A stretch of 53,961 nt of DNA from an uncultured Burkholderiales bacterium (lineage in GTDB: Bacteria; Pseudomonadota; Gammaproteobacteria; Burkholderiales; JALYOK01): assembly GCA_964488915.1 (NCBI GenBank), contig CAZAWU010000004.1:1-53961 (forward strand), written 5' to 3'. Shown one piece after another: positions 34,056-43,840 of this stretch. The position numbers were made by a program, and so were the translations under genes. Position 1 is the first letter of the stretch. Every line of letters begins with the position of its first letter. Below the pieces are notes generated by a model. The model had not been told where the DNA came from and did not search any database. It was given only the letters and a program-made list of their open reading frames with translations.

Positions 34056-34754
34056 TTGAGTTTGCTTACGTTGGTGAACGCCGCACAGGCGTTGCTCAAC
34101 CTTCCCGTTACCACAACCGTGATGACGAATACCGGCGAGGCGCAGGTCCAATTGCGCCAAATCGCCATTGCGGAAGGACGGGCGCTTGCTCGCGTTCATC
34201 CGTGGCAAAGGCTGATCACGGAAAACTCGTTCACGACGACCGCGACGCAAGAGCAAACCGGCCACACCATGCCGACCGATATGGGATGGATACTCAACGA
34301 GACCATCTACAATCGGACGAACACGGAGCAAGTGAATGGGCCGCTAAGCCCGCGCATGTGGCAAGAGCAACGCGCCGTCGGGACGTCGATCACGTGGTCG
34401 CAGTACCGGTTGCGGGGCAACTCGATCTACTTCATTCCCGCGCCTACGGCCGGGCAATCGGTGTACTACGAATACGTCTCGAACAAGTGGTGTCAGTCGT
34501 CAGGCGGAACAGCGCAAGAATACTGGCAGGCCGATAGCGATACGGGGCGGCTTGACGAGTACGTCATGACGCTTGGCGTCGTGTGGCGGTGGAACAAGGC
34601 CAAAGGCCTGGCCTACGAGCAGGAATACAACGACTACATGGAAGAACGGCAGCGGTTGATCTCGCGTGATGGAACGCGGCGAACGCTGAGTGTGGCTGGG
34701 CCGCTTAGGTGCGGTCTTGGTAAGGGCAACGTACCCGAAGGATCTTGGACATGA
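34056..34754 (+). CDS. Head-tail adaptor (tail tubular A-like)
   Basis: Position and size; YEYVSNKW, LGVVWRW-x-KAKGLAY. Confidence 0.7.
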   Translation: MSLLTLVNAAQALLNLPVTTTVMTNTGEAQVQLRQIAIAEGRALARVHPWQRLITENSFTTTATQEQTGHTMPTDMGWILNETIYNRTNTEQVNGPLSPRMWQEQRAVGTSITWSQYRLRGNSIYFIPAPTAGQSVYYEYVSNKWCQSSGGTAQEYWQADSDTGRLDEYVMTLGVVWRWNKAKGLAYEQEYNDYMEERQRLISRDGTRRTLSVAGPLRCGLGKGNVPEGSWT

Positions 34755-35098
34755 GTAAGAATGACAGTCGCGACGTGTTTGAGAAAGCGCTTGACGATGA
34801 TCACGTGCTGACTGGTGATCAGGCGGTGGGCCTTCTTATTGCTGGCGTTCTCGGCGGAACGATTGGTGGTAGGGCGCTCGGTAAGCGCCTTGCGTCAAAG
34901 GCGAAAAGGAAGGCTGAGGATGCTGCGATTGCTCGTGCCAATCGTGACGGCACCAAGGGGTGGGGTCGCGGTAAGGACGCAAGGCTCATTGAAGATCGAC
35001 ACACAAGAATGATCAATGCCGGGATTGGCGGTGGTGCTCTTGGCGGAGGTGGTGCGGTTTATGCATCGACGCTTAAGAGGGACAAGAAACGCAAATGA
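34751..35098 (+). CDS. Glycine-zipper protein, paralogue C
   Basis: DVFEKAL motif, two Gly-rich segments, basic tail. Confidence 0.75.
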   Translation: MSKNDSRDVFEKALDDDHVLTGDQAVGLLIAGVLGGTIGGRALGKRLASKAKRKAEDAAIARANRDGTKGWGRGKDARLIEDRHTRMINAGIGGGALGGGGAVYASTLKRDKKRK

Positions 35099-35583
35099 TG
35101 ACGCCGGACGAACGCGCGGGGCGCGATATTTGGGACAAGGTGCGGATGCAAGCGGCTGCACAACAGCAGCAGCAAAAGCCTAAGCCCAACATGGAATGGC
35201 CGAGCTACTATCCGCCATATCCGCCGCAAAGCCCGTCTGCACCCGGCTCGTCGCCTGGTGGTGATCGCGCGCGTCTTGGCGGACCGCAACGGCCGCGTCC
35301 GAAGCCTACGCCAGCGCAACAGCAGCAAGGGCCTATCTCGCCGCGCCCTGATGCGCCGCCTAAACAACGCTGGCGCGGCCAAGGCTCAGCGAGCGCATTC
35401 GACGATCCGCAATCGCAAGGCGATCTGATGCGCGGCGCGTATCAAGCCGGACTGAACGGCGACACCGGCGCGGCCGGATCGTTCCCGCGCGGCTCGGCTG
35501 CGGAACGTGCGTATCAGAAGGGTCTTGCTGATCGTGCGCGCCGTGGTCAATCGATGGGCCGCTATCGGCCGGAGGCAGGCTAA
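35095..35583 (+). CDS. Pro/Gln-rich disordered protein
   Basis: QQQQQ and P-rich tracts; coupled overlaps. Confidence 0.7.
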   Translation: MMTPDERAGRDIWDKVRMQAAAQQQQQKPKPNMEWPSYYPPYPPQSPSAPGSSPGGDRARLGGPQRPRPKPTPAQQQQGPISPRPDAPPKQRWRGQGSASAFDDPQSQGDLMRGAYQAGLNGDTGAAGSFPRGSAAERAYQKGLADRARRGQSMGRYRPEAG

Positions 35584-35975
35584 TGTCCGTTCGTCAGGCA
35601 GTCATCAAGGCGTTTCAGACAAAGGCTGCGGCTGCGGCTGAACCGTTTGAGACGGTGGGTTTGGCTGCGAAGAAAACCACGAAGCGCAAGATCCTTCGCC
35701 CGAAGGTCTACGATCGGATCAAGAAAACCGACGAGGGCTATGTCGGCGATACGAAGAAGGGCAGCGATCTCTTCGAGCGCAAAGACATCAACGGTAAACC
35801 GTACATGGAGCGTGACGATGGCGCTCTGTTCGGGTTGCGCAAGGATGGCAAGTGGGTTCTCGTCGGTCGCCCGCGCCGCAAGAGCGGACCGCTAACACCG
35901 TACATCATCGGCGGTGGCGCAGCGGCGGCAGCCAGTGCGGCCGGGTACGAAGCCGGCAGGCAGTCGCGCAAGTAA
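35583..35975 (+). CDS. Basic protein with C-terminal Gly/Ala hydrophobic segment
   Basis: IIGGGAAAAASAAGY followed by RQSRK. Confidence 0.65.
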   Translation: MSVRQAVIKAFQTKAAAAAEPFETVGLAAKKTTKRKILRPKVYDRIKKTDEGYVGDTKKGSDLFERKDINGKPYMERDDGALFGLRKDGKWVLVGRPRRKSGPLTPYIIGGGAAAAASAAGYEAGRQSRK

Positions 35976-37160
35976 ATGGCCAAGCAAAGCTCTGAACGGT
36001 CTCATTCCCGCGCAAAGCACAAAGCGCGGTGGCGCAGGCCGGAAAGCGAGCAAACGACCAAGGACGATGATCAGCAAGCGGCCTGGCGCAAGGACTACTA
36101 CCGCGGGCCGCGCAAGGACATCGACCCGCAGTCGAATGCGTCGTGGCTGCTTGAGCAAGCCGGGCTAGATCAGCCTTACCGCGACGACGCCGGCAGTTAC
36201 GACTATCGGCAGAAGAAGTGGGATCAGTCGGTTGCTGAGAGAAATCCTGACCTTTCGTGGTTTCTGCCGGCTCTGAGTGACGAGCAGACTGACGAGATTG
36301 CTGGCGGGTTGGAGCGCACACTAGGCTATCTCAACCCATCGATTTATCTGCCCGGCTGGCAGTCGGCGCAACGTCCGTCACAAGACGAGCGCATTCTCTC
36401 GCAACTATCGCCGGAAGATCGTGCCGCGCTTGCGGATATGCACCCGGACGACGCGGACAAGATCGTAAGCGAGGCTGTTCCAGGCTGGTCGCCAAAGATG
36501 AACCCGTTCCCCACGAGTTGGATGGGAACGCGTGAGCGTGAAGGCGATGAGCGTGTTGGGGCGTTGCCGCACTTTATTGATCAGTGGAACTTCTCGCCAT
36601 GGTCGACGGAAGATATTCTCTCGTTCATTGGCCCTGACAGCCCGGATACGGTGCGCCGCGATATCGATGCGTGGAAGGGTGGCTCAAGCTACCTTGATCG
36701 CAAGATCGGCGGCATGGTCGGCGTTGAGAGTGAAGGGCCAGAGACGGCAAACCCGTACGTTGATCCGGTTGAAATCGGTTCGCTTGGCGCCGTTCTCGGT
36801 GTCCCTGGCGCAATCAAGCGTGCAGCAAAAGGTGGAGCAAAGGCAGTGAGCGCGACGACGACCGCATTGAAGAAGTTGAGGAAGAAGCCAAAGCCGCAGC
36901 CTGGCACGCCGCGCGGTCCGTTTGGCGATGAGCCGGCGCCGCAATGGCCGCGCCCTGGCATGCCGAAGCAGCCGCTAACCGCAGCAACCGGCACGCCGCG
37001 CTGGCGCGTGAGCGACCGCAAGGGAGTGCGGAACGACATCAACAGGGCGATGGGTCTTGGCCCGGGTGCAGCACTCGTTGGCGGTGCTGGCCTTGGTGGC
37101 GCTGCACTGTACGGCATCGAGAGCCATCGGCAGAAGAAGGCGCGCAAGGCTAACTACTGA
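35976..37160 (+). CDS. Putative internal virion protein with C-terminal glycine zipper
   Basis: 394 aa; GPGAALVGGAGLGGAALY then basic tail. Confidence 0.7.
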   Translation: MAKQSSERSHSRAKHKARWRRPESEQTTKDDDQQAAWRKDYYRGPRKDIDPQSNASWLLEQAGLDQPYRDDAGSYDYRQKKWDQSVAERNPDLSWFLPALSDEQTDEIAGGLERTLGYLNPSIYLPGWQSAQRPSQDERILSQLSPEDRAALADMHPDDADKIVSEAVPGWSPKMNPFPTSWMGTREREGDERVGALPHFIDQWNFSPWSTEDILSFIGPDSPDTVRRDIDAWKGGSSYLDRKIGGMVGVESEGPETANPYVDPVEIGSLGAVLGVPGAIKRAAKGGAKAVSATTTALKKLRKKPKPQPGTPRGPFGDEPAPQWPRPGMPKQPLTAATGTPRWRVSDRKGVRNDINRAMGLGPGAALVGGAGLGGAALYGIESHRQKKARKANY

Positions 37161-38698
37161 TGGCCTATCGCGAGCGTTCCGGCCCAAGCCGTCAACAGCA
37201 AGGCGTCGCGCGACCACTTCCGCCGCCCGTAGGTGGATGGAACGCGCGCGACGCTTTGGACGGCATGAAGCCGATCGACGCGGTTATTCTCGACAACTGG
37301 TTTCCTCGCCAGTCAGATGTGACCGTCCGCAACGGAATGGACGAGCATTGCAACACCGGCGAGGGCGCGGTCACAGTTCACACGCTTGCGGAATACAAGG
37401 CATCGACGACACGCAAGCTGCTTGCAGCATGTAACGGGAAGCTGATCAACGTCACGACGTCTACACCGTCGACCGTTGGAACAGGCTTCACGAACAACCG
37501 CTGGCGGTGGGTGAATTTCAGCGAGAAGCTGTTTCTGGTCAACGGCTCAGATGCGCCGCAAGATTGGGACGGCACAACACTTACGGCGACAGCATGGTCA
37601 GGCACGGGTCTTACGATCACGACGCTAAGCGACGTGTGCGTGTTCAAAGAGCGGCTGTTCTTTATCGAGAAGGACACGCTGAATTTCTGGTACGCGTCCC
37701 TGCAAGCTGTAACTGGCACGCTAACGAAGTTCCCGCTGAAGTATTCCGGTTCGTTCGGCGGCGTGCTGAAGGCAATGGGGACGATCACAGCGGACGGCGG
37801 TCAGGGTCAAGACGACCTGATGCTGTTCTTCCTCTCGTCCGGCGAGGTGATCATCTACTCGGGCAGCGATCCGGGGGACGCTGCGTCGTGGAGCCGGGTC
37901 GGTACGTTCTACATCTCACCCCCGGTCGGTAACGCGCCGCTCGTGCAGTACGGTGCCGATCTCGTGGCCATCACGGACGGCGCTTACACGCAGATGACGC
38001 GCGTCTTGCCGTTCGGCCGGGCGCAAGGCAGCGAGCTGGATCTGTCCGACAAGATCAGCGGCGCCGTGGTGGCTGCAATGCGCAGCTATCGCGACAACAC
38101 CGGCTGGCAAGCGCTGTTCTACCCTCGCGGCCGGATGCTGATTTTCAACGTGCCGCGCTCGATATCCGGGTTCGATCAGCACGTCATGAACACGGACACG
38201 AAGGCGTGGTGCCGGTTCACCGGGTGGAATTTCGCCGTATTCGGGTTGTTCAATGACAACCTTTATGGCGGCGGTATCGACGGAAAGGTCTATCGCTGCG
38301 ATTACGGCACGAGCGACAATGACACGGCCATCGTTGCAGACGGACAGACGGCTTGGAACTATTTCGGTGTTCCTAACCAGCTCAAGAATTTCACCATGGC
38401 GCGGGTTATCTTCGCGGCCACGAGCGACCCGGCCGCGGCCATGTCGATCGGCACAGACTTTCAAATCACGGTCCCGAGCGCGACCATTTCAACCGCGGCG
38501 GTTGAGAGTGGTGGCGTGTGGGATGTGGCGATATGGGACGTAGGAACATGGGGCGGCTCAACGCAAGCAATCCAAGGCTGGCAAGGGGTCAGCGGGATGG
38601 GTTACTCAGCTTCTATGAGGTTGCGGCTGTCCCTAACGGCGCAGAACGTAAGCTGGAGATCGTCAACGATGATCTTCAAGCCCGGAAGCATGGTTTAA
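37160..38698 (+). CDS. Tail nozzle/tubular protein B-like (beta-propeller)
   Basis: PPPVGGWNARD, DNWFP, WD-like repeats; follows adaptor. Confidence 0.8.
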   Translation: MAYRERSGPSRQQQGVARPLPPPVGGWNARDALDGMKPIDAVILDNWFPRQSDVTVRNGMDEHCNTGEGAVTVHTLAEYKASTTRKLLAACNGKLINVTTSTPSTVGTGFTNNRWRWVNFSEKLFLVNGSDAPQDWDGTTLTATAWSGTGLTITTLSDVCVFKERLFFIEKDTLNFWYASLQAVTGTLTKFPLKYSGSFGGVLKAMGTITADGGQGQDDLMLFFLSSGEVIIYSGSDPGDAASWSRVGTFYISPPVGNAPLVQYGADLVAITDGAYTQMTRVLPFGRAQGSELDLSDKISGAVVAAMRSYRDNTGWQALFYPRGRMLIFNVPRSISGFDQHVMNTDTKAWCRFTGWNFAVFGLFNDNLYGGGIDGKVYRCDYGTSDNDTAIVADGQTAWNYFGVPNQLKNFTMARVIFAATSDPAAAMSIGTDFQITVPSATISTAAVESGGVWDVAIWDVGTWGGSTQAIQGWQGVSGMGYSASMRLRLSLTAQNVSWRSSTMIFKPGSMV

Positions 38699-39120
38699 CG
38701 CTTGTTTTCGATCGAGACGACGAAGTTGCTGCGTGGGTAGCGTCAAGGCTTCCTGTCAAGTTCACGGCCGAAGAGTTCGGACCGTGCACGACGATCGGCA
38801 TGGCCGACAAAAACGGCAAGTTGGTCGCCGGGTGTGTTTATCATCGCTGGAGGGGTTTCGACTGCGAGGTGACGTTTGCGAGCGTGACGCCGCGCTGGAC
38901 GTTACCGCAGAACCTTTCGCCGCTGTTTCACTACCCGTTCGTGCAACGGGCATGCAGCCGGATCACGCTGATCATCGGCGCGAATAACCTGAACGCGATC
39001 AAGACCAATGTTAAGATCGGGTTCAAGGTTGAGGGCAGGGCGAGGCGTGCATACGACGGCGTCAACGATGCGATCATTTTGGGAATGCTGAGAGAAGAGT
39101 GTGGGTGGATCAAGCAATGA
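38695..39120 (+). CDS. GNAT acetyltransferase-like protein (start codon uncertain)
   Basis: LVFDRDDEVAAWV...GKLVAGCVYH...KIGFKVEG-x-AR; usual position after the nozzle. Confidence 0.7.
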   Translation, partial: LTLVFDRDDEVAAWVASRLPVKFTAEEFGPCTTIGMADKNGKLVAGCVYHRWRGFDCEVTFASVTPRWTLPQNLSPLFHYPFVQRACSRITLIIGANNLNAIKTNVKIGFKVEGRARRAYDGVNDAIILGMLREECGWIKQ

Positions 39121-39350
39121 GCGACATACGAAACGACATTTTGCGCGCTGAAGGTCAAGCGTATGGCCGCCAGCGCAAAGACGTGTTTGGCCCCGGTGGC
39201 ACGACAAAGGGCGACCTTATGCGTATCGGTAAACCAAAGGCGCGCTCGCCGTGGAAGAGGGGGCCGTCCCCTGCTGAAGCGGCGCTGAAGCGCACCGGCA
39301 TTATGCAAGCACCGTTCCCGGTGATGAAGCAGAAATTCTTCGGAGGTTAA
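39117..39350 (+). CDS. Small basic hypothetical protein
   Basis: ATGA-coupled. Confidence 0.55.
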   Translation: MSDIRNDILRAEGQAYGRQRKDVFGPGGTTKGDLMRIGKPKARSPWKRGPSPAEAALKRTGIMQAPFPVMKQKFFGG

Positions 39351-39351
39351 T

Positions 39352-40662
39352 GTGGGTAAAGGCGGCGGTGGTTCGGCTCCGGCCGCGCCTGATCCGGTAG
39401 CGACCAGCAACGCACAGGCGCAAGCCTACATCACGGCGGCGCGCGAGAGTTCCAAGCTCAACAACCTCGCGCAGTACACGCCGTATGGCAACGTCACGTT
39501 TGACACAGACGGCAGCGGCGTTCCCATTGCGCAGCGCGTGACGCTCACGCCTGAGCAACAGGCCGCGTTCAATGCGCAAACCGCGTTGCAAGGCACGTTG
39601 AGCGGTGCGGCGGCGCAGCTTGCTGGTAGCGTGCCCATTGGTGCGTTCGGCCTGCCGGGCAACTTGCCGCCGTACACGGTCGGGCTTGAGATGAGCGGTG
39701 CGCCGGATTACATGAGCGGCATCGACTTCGGCCGCGTCACGGCTATGCCGGGCACGGGCGACTTCAGCGCTGATCGCGATAGCTACGCGCGCGCTATGTT
39801 CGAACGCTCGGCCAGCCTGTTGCGGCCGGAACTTGAGACGCAAACGAACCGCACACGCCAGATGCTTGCTGATCGTGGCTTGCCGATCACCGGTGAGGCG
39901 TACAACGGCGAGATGGATCGGCTGAACCGTGCACAGAATGAGACGCTTCAGCGGCTTGCTGACGAAAGCACGATGGCTGGCGCGCAAGAGCAATCGCGCA
40001 TGTTCGGCCTCGGCATGGCGTCACGCCAGCAAGGTATCGGCGAACAATTGCAGCAAGGTCAGGTGCAGTCCGCCGCACGTCAAGGCATCATCGGCGAAGA
40101 GTTGGCAAACGCACAGCTTGGTCAGGGCGCACGTCAAGCCATGATGAACGAGGCGCTGTTGCAGTACAACGCACCGGCACAGGGTGTTGCTACGCTGCTA
40201 GGTGCGTCGCCGCGCACGCCGACGGTGCAGGGTGGAAACATCTATCAGCAGGGCATCCAGGCGCCCGACGTACAGGGCAATACGTGGAATAGCTACAACG
40301 CGCAGATGAATGCCTACAATCAGCGTCAGCAGCAGAATAACGCGATGTGGTCGGGTATCGGCTCGATTGCAAGCGGTTTGATTGGCGTGTTCTCGGACGA
40401 GCGCGGTAAGCAGAATTTCGGCAAGGCGGACAACATCCTTGGCCGCATGGAAAAAATGCCTATCAAGTCGTGGCGCTACAAGCCGGGCATGGGGGACGGT
40501 GGAGCACTTCCGCACGTTGGCCCGACGGCGCAAGACTTCAAAGGCTTCTTCGGTCTAGGCACAGGAACGTCAATCCCGGTTGTCGACGCGGCTGGGGTCA
40601 ACATGGCGGCAACGCAGCAGCTCGCACGCAAGGTGCGCAAACTTGAGAAGAGGGTCGCGTAA
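39352..40662 (+). CDS. Putative ejection protein with C-terminal peptidase S74 chaperone domain
   Basis: MGKGGGGSAPAAPDP start with GGAGG SD; SDERGK...SWRYK...HVGPTAQD and terminal coiled coil. Confidence 0.8.
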   Translation: MGKGGGGSAPAAPDPVATSNAQAQAYITAARESSKLNNLAQYTPYGNVTFDTDGSGVPIAQRVTLTPEQQAAFNAQTALQGTLSGAAAQLAGSVPIGAFGLPGNLPPYTVGLEMSGAPDYMSGIDFGRVTAMPGTGDFSADRDSYARAMFERSASLLRPELETQTNRTRQMLADRGLPITGEAYNGEMDRLNRAQNETLQRLADESTMAGAQEQSRMFGLGMASRQQGIGEQLQQGQVQSAARQGIIGEELANAQLGQGARQAMMNEALLQYNAPAQGVATLLGASPRTPTVQGGNIYQQGIQAPDVQGNTWNSYNAQMNAYNQRQQQNNAMWSGIGSIASGLIGVFSDERGKQNFGKADNILGRMEKMPIKSWRYKPGMGDGGALPHVGPTAQDFKGFFGLGTGTSIPVVDAAGVNMAATQQLARKVRKLEKRVA

Positions 40663-41288
40663 TGCCTCTCAATCCGCAGCTTGGCAACCTCACGATGGAC
40701 GTGTCGTCGCTTGGCCAGCCAAGCAATCGCCTTGGGATGATGAACATCACGAACCAACTCACGGACCCGAGCTTTGCGGTTGGCGGACTTCCTGGCGTTG
40801 GATCGCCGCAACCGGATCGTGACCGGCTTGTGAAAACAGTGATGGGCGCCGTGCAGCCGATGGGCGGTCCGGCCGCGCCAAGCTGGCCGACGCCGCCGAT
40901 CGACGAGAACCTGCGCAACAAGATCACCGGCAACATTGCCCAGTATCGCCCGTCGCCAGGCATGGCCGCGAATAACATCGCGCGCGATACCGGCAACTCA
41001 ACCGATCCGTGGGCGATCGTCGGCAACCGCAATCAGCCCGACAAGGTGGAAATGCCGCTCGCGACCGGCTTCCCGAATATCAAGTCGATACCGGCCGGTG
41101 CGGTCAATCCGCAAACCATGCGCAACGTGGCGATTGCAAATCAGGCGCCGCAGTGGAGTGGCCCAGTTCAACGCCCAGCACTTCCGGCCAATACGTTCCG
41201 GCCGTTCTTCTCGCCGCGCCCGTCGTTCAACCGTGGGATGACGCAAAAAGCGGCGTCCCCGTTCCCGCAATTTAGGAGACCGCGTTAA
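40662..41288 (+). CDS. Pro/Asn-rich putative internal virion protein
   Basis: TAATG-coupled; low complexity. Confidence 0.7.
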   Translation: MPLNPQLGNLTMDVSSLGQPSNRLGMMNITNQLTDPSFAVGGLPGVGSPQPDRDRLVKTVMGAVQPMGGPAAPSWPTPPIDENLRNKITGNIAQYRPSPGMAANNIARDTGNSTDPWAIVGNRNQPDKVEMPLATGFPNIKSIPAGAVNPQTMRNVAIANQAPQWSGPVQRPALPANTFRPFFSPRPSFNRGMTQKAASPFPQFRRPR

Positions 41289-41710
41289 TGCCTAAGAGCG
41301 CATCAACCGGTGCATGGACCGGGCTGCAAGCTCAACCTCAGTTCGCGACGTACCCGACAGCGGGAACGCTGAACACCGGCGGCGGGTCTAGCCCACCGCC
41401 AGCACCGGCGCCGACGCCGCTTCCTCCGCCGGTTACGCCGCCCGTGACCATCCCGCCGATTGATTTGGGAACGGGCGTTGGTCCGATTGGTGGCATAGGC
41501 GGTGGTATCAATCAGCAAACGCCGCAACTTCCGCCGCCGTCGTTCCCGGGCAATTTTGAAGTGCCGTTGCCGCCTACTCCGGTTACGACTGTTGATCCGC
41601 AAACGCGGCTTGTGAATGCGGTAATGAACGCAACCCTAGTGCCTCCGCCAGCGCCGCCGACTGCTGGATCTGGGATCAACCGCGAACGCGGTATGACATC
41701 AAAATTCTAA
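41288..41710 (+). CDS. Pro-rich putative internal virion protein
   Basis: TAATG-coupled; polyproline tracts. Confidence 0.7.
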   Translation: MPKSASTGAWTGLQAQPQFATYPTAGTLNTGGGSSPPPAPAPTPLPPPVTPPVTIPPIDLGTGVGPIGGIGGGINQQTPQLPPPSFPGNFEVPLPPTPVTTVDPQTRLVNAVMNATLVPPPAPPTAGSGINRERGMTSKF

Positions 41711-41726
41711 GGAAGGGATACGTACA

Positions 41727-42323
41727 GTGATTGACCAAAGGCTGTTGCAACAGTTCTTCGTAGACCCGACGACGGGCAAGCCTGCGATGATGCCGCCTAT
41801 TGGGGGCGGTGCGCAGCGTGGTGGCCCGGTTGGCGAGTACGGCTTGCCGGTTGGCCAAGCGTTCGAGATGGAAGAGGGCGCGCCGCAGGGTGTAACGCCG
41901 CCTCCCGGCTATGGCCGCGCACCGATGACGGGCGACGAGGGTGCGTATGGTCCGCCGCCGCGTATGCCTGCTCCACCGCAAGGTGGTCCCGGCTCGTTCA
42001 TGCCGATGGCCGCGCCTGGCGGCACCGGTGGTATCCAAACGGGTCCGTACAACGGTCCGCCGCCGTCAATGCAATCCGGTCCGTACTCTGGTCCGCCGGC
42101 GGAGATGGCGAACCTTCCGCCAGCCCAACACCCGACGCAAGTCATCGGCGATCTCGTCAATCAGTACGCGGAGCAGCGGAAACAGGCGCGCGGCCAGCCG
42201 CAACAGCCGGGCCGTCAGGTGCGCGATCCGCGCGAGCTTGCCGGGGCCGATCCGACGATGATGGATGATGAGAAGCGTCAGCGCCTCATTCAGGCCATCC
42301 TTCGCGCTCGCGGCATGCTCTAG
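41727..42323 (+). CDS. Pro/Gly-rich putative internal virion protein
   Basis: GPY-x-GPP repeats; C-terminal RLIQAIL helix. Confidence 0.7.
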   Translation: MIDQRLLQQFFVDPTTGKPAMMPPIGGGAQRGGPVGEYGLPVGQAFEMEEGAPQGVTPPPGYGRAPMTGDEGAYGPPPRMPAPPQGGPGSFMPMAAPGGTGGIQTGPYNGPPPSMQSGPYSGPPAEMANLPPAQHPTQVIGDLVNQYAEQRKQARGQPQQPGRQVRDPRELAGADPTMMDDEKRQRLIQAILRARGML

Positions 42324-42337
42324 GGGTCACATCGCTC

Positions 42338-43840
42338 ATGGCGGTAGGTTATCAGCGGTGGCCTATGGGCATGCCGCCACCGGTGTTCGGCTACGAGGGA
42401 GAAGAGGGGCAGCCTGCGCTTCCGGCTGTCCCGCAAGTTCCGCCGCAGCCATCGCAACGGCAGCCCTACATGGGTTTCTTGGACGTCGCCGGGCAACCTT
42501 TGCCCTCGCTTGGGCCGGGCGGCGTTGGCGATGATGCACGTGAAGCATACGAACCGCCGCAACTCATTGAACCTCTCGCGCAGCAAGAGACACCGCAAAT
42601 GCCTGCGGGCGGCGGTGGCGGTGGCGAGAGCTATCCGACCGATGCGCAGATTGAACGCCGCCTGAAGCTTGCCGAGATGCTGATGAACAATCAGCAAGAG
42701 GTTAACCATCCGCTGCAGGCGATCGGCAACGTCGTCAACAAGTTCGCGGGCTACTGGCAGGAAAAGAAGGCGCAGGAAGATCAGGACAAGGCCGAACAGC
42801 GCAGGCGCGATATCTACAAGGAAGCGCTAAGCGGCGACACGAACGACCTGAACGCACTGGCGAACAAGCTGCTTGCGAGCAACGATCCTAAGCTCGTTGA
42901 TCAAGGGCTTGACCTGAAGTTGAAGCTTGCGACCGGTGGCCGCGCTCGTCGTGACGCGCCGGTTGTCAAAGACTTCATCGACGGCGACAAGATCGTTCAG
43001 AAGCAGTGGAACGAGCAAACGGAGAGTTGGGAGCCGGTAGGGCAGGGGCCGCGGTATAAACCGGACGGCGGAGGCGGTGGCGGCGGTCCGCGCAAGCAGC
43101 AGGGCGGCGCGGTGCAGTTGCCTGATGGTAAAATAGCGCAAGCTGTCTTCAACCCAGACGATGGGTTGTACTACTACAGGGGCCCTGGTGGGCAGCTTGT
43201 GCCGGTCCCAGAGGGCTCGCGCCCGGTCACGCCGAGCACTGGCGCTCCGCTCAGTCAGAAGGATTACAACAAGGCCAAGCGCGCGCTGGCAGAAGACGAG
43301 CGCGCATTGCAACGCCTCGACCACTACATGCAAACCATCGGTGACACGAACACCGGTTGGCAGCGGTGGGCTGATAGCGTTTCGGCAAACACGAAGACGC
43401 TGATTTCATCCGGCAAGGTGAAACCTAAGTACACGCCGGAAGAGTTGGCGCTCATGGAAGCGCGCGGCGAGTTGCAAGGGCTGCTTGGCCTGTTCCGGCC
43501 TGACATCGTTGGCCCCGGCGTGATGACCGAATACGATGCGCTTCGTATTATTCAGGCATTGGGCGGCGATGTGACGGCGCTGCAAAACCCGCAAGTGGTT
43601 CGCAGCCTGTTGCAGAACGTCTATGCCAGCAAACGGCAGAGCGCGGACCTAAACCGCGATATCGTCAACCGCAACGCGCCGACGTTCAACGATCCGCAGG
43701 TGCAGGTCAATGCGCCTGAGAGCCTCGAAGATCGATCGCAGCAGCCGAAGGCTCAAGCCGCACCGGTCAAGGACGGCGACGCAAAGACGATCAACGGTAA
43801 GAAATACATCCGCCGCGGTGGTAGGTGGTATCCCGCATGA
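42338..43840 (+). CDS. Putative DNA-ejection protein
   Basis: 500 aa, helical; C-terminal KTINGKKYIRRGGRWYP. Confidence 0.75.
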   Translation: MAVGYQRWPMGMPPPVFGYEGEEGQPALPAVPQVPPQPSQRQPYMGFLDVAGQPLPSLGPGGVGDDAREAYEPPQLIEPLAQQETPQMPAGGGGGGESYPTDAQIERRLKLAEMLMNNQQEVNHPLQAIGNVVNKFAGYWQEKKAQEDQDKAEQRRRDIYKEALSGDTNDLNALANKLLASNDPKLVDQGLDLKLKLATGGRARRDAPVVKDFIDGDKIVQKQWNEQTESWEPVGQGPRYKPDGGGGGGGPRKQQGGAVQLPDGKIAQAVFNPDDGLYYYRGPGGQLVPVPEGSRPVTPSTGAPLSQKDYNKAKRALAEDERALQRLDHYMQTIGDTNTGWQRWADSVSANTKTLISSGKVKPKYTPEELALMEARGELQGLLGLFRPDIVGPGVMTEYDALRIIQALGGDVTALQNPQVVRSLLQNVYASKRQSADLNRDIVNRNAPTFNDPQVQVNAPESLEDRSQQPKAQAAPVKDGDAKTINGKKYIRRGGRWYPA

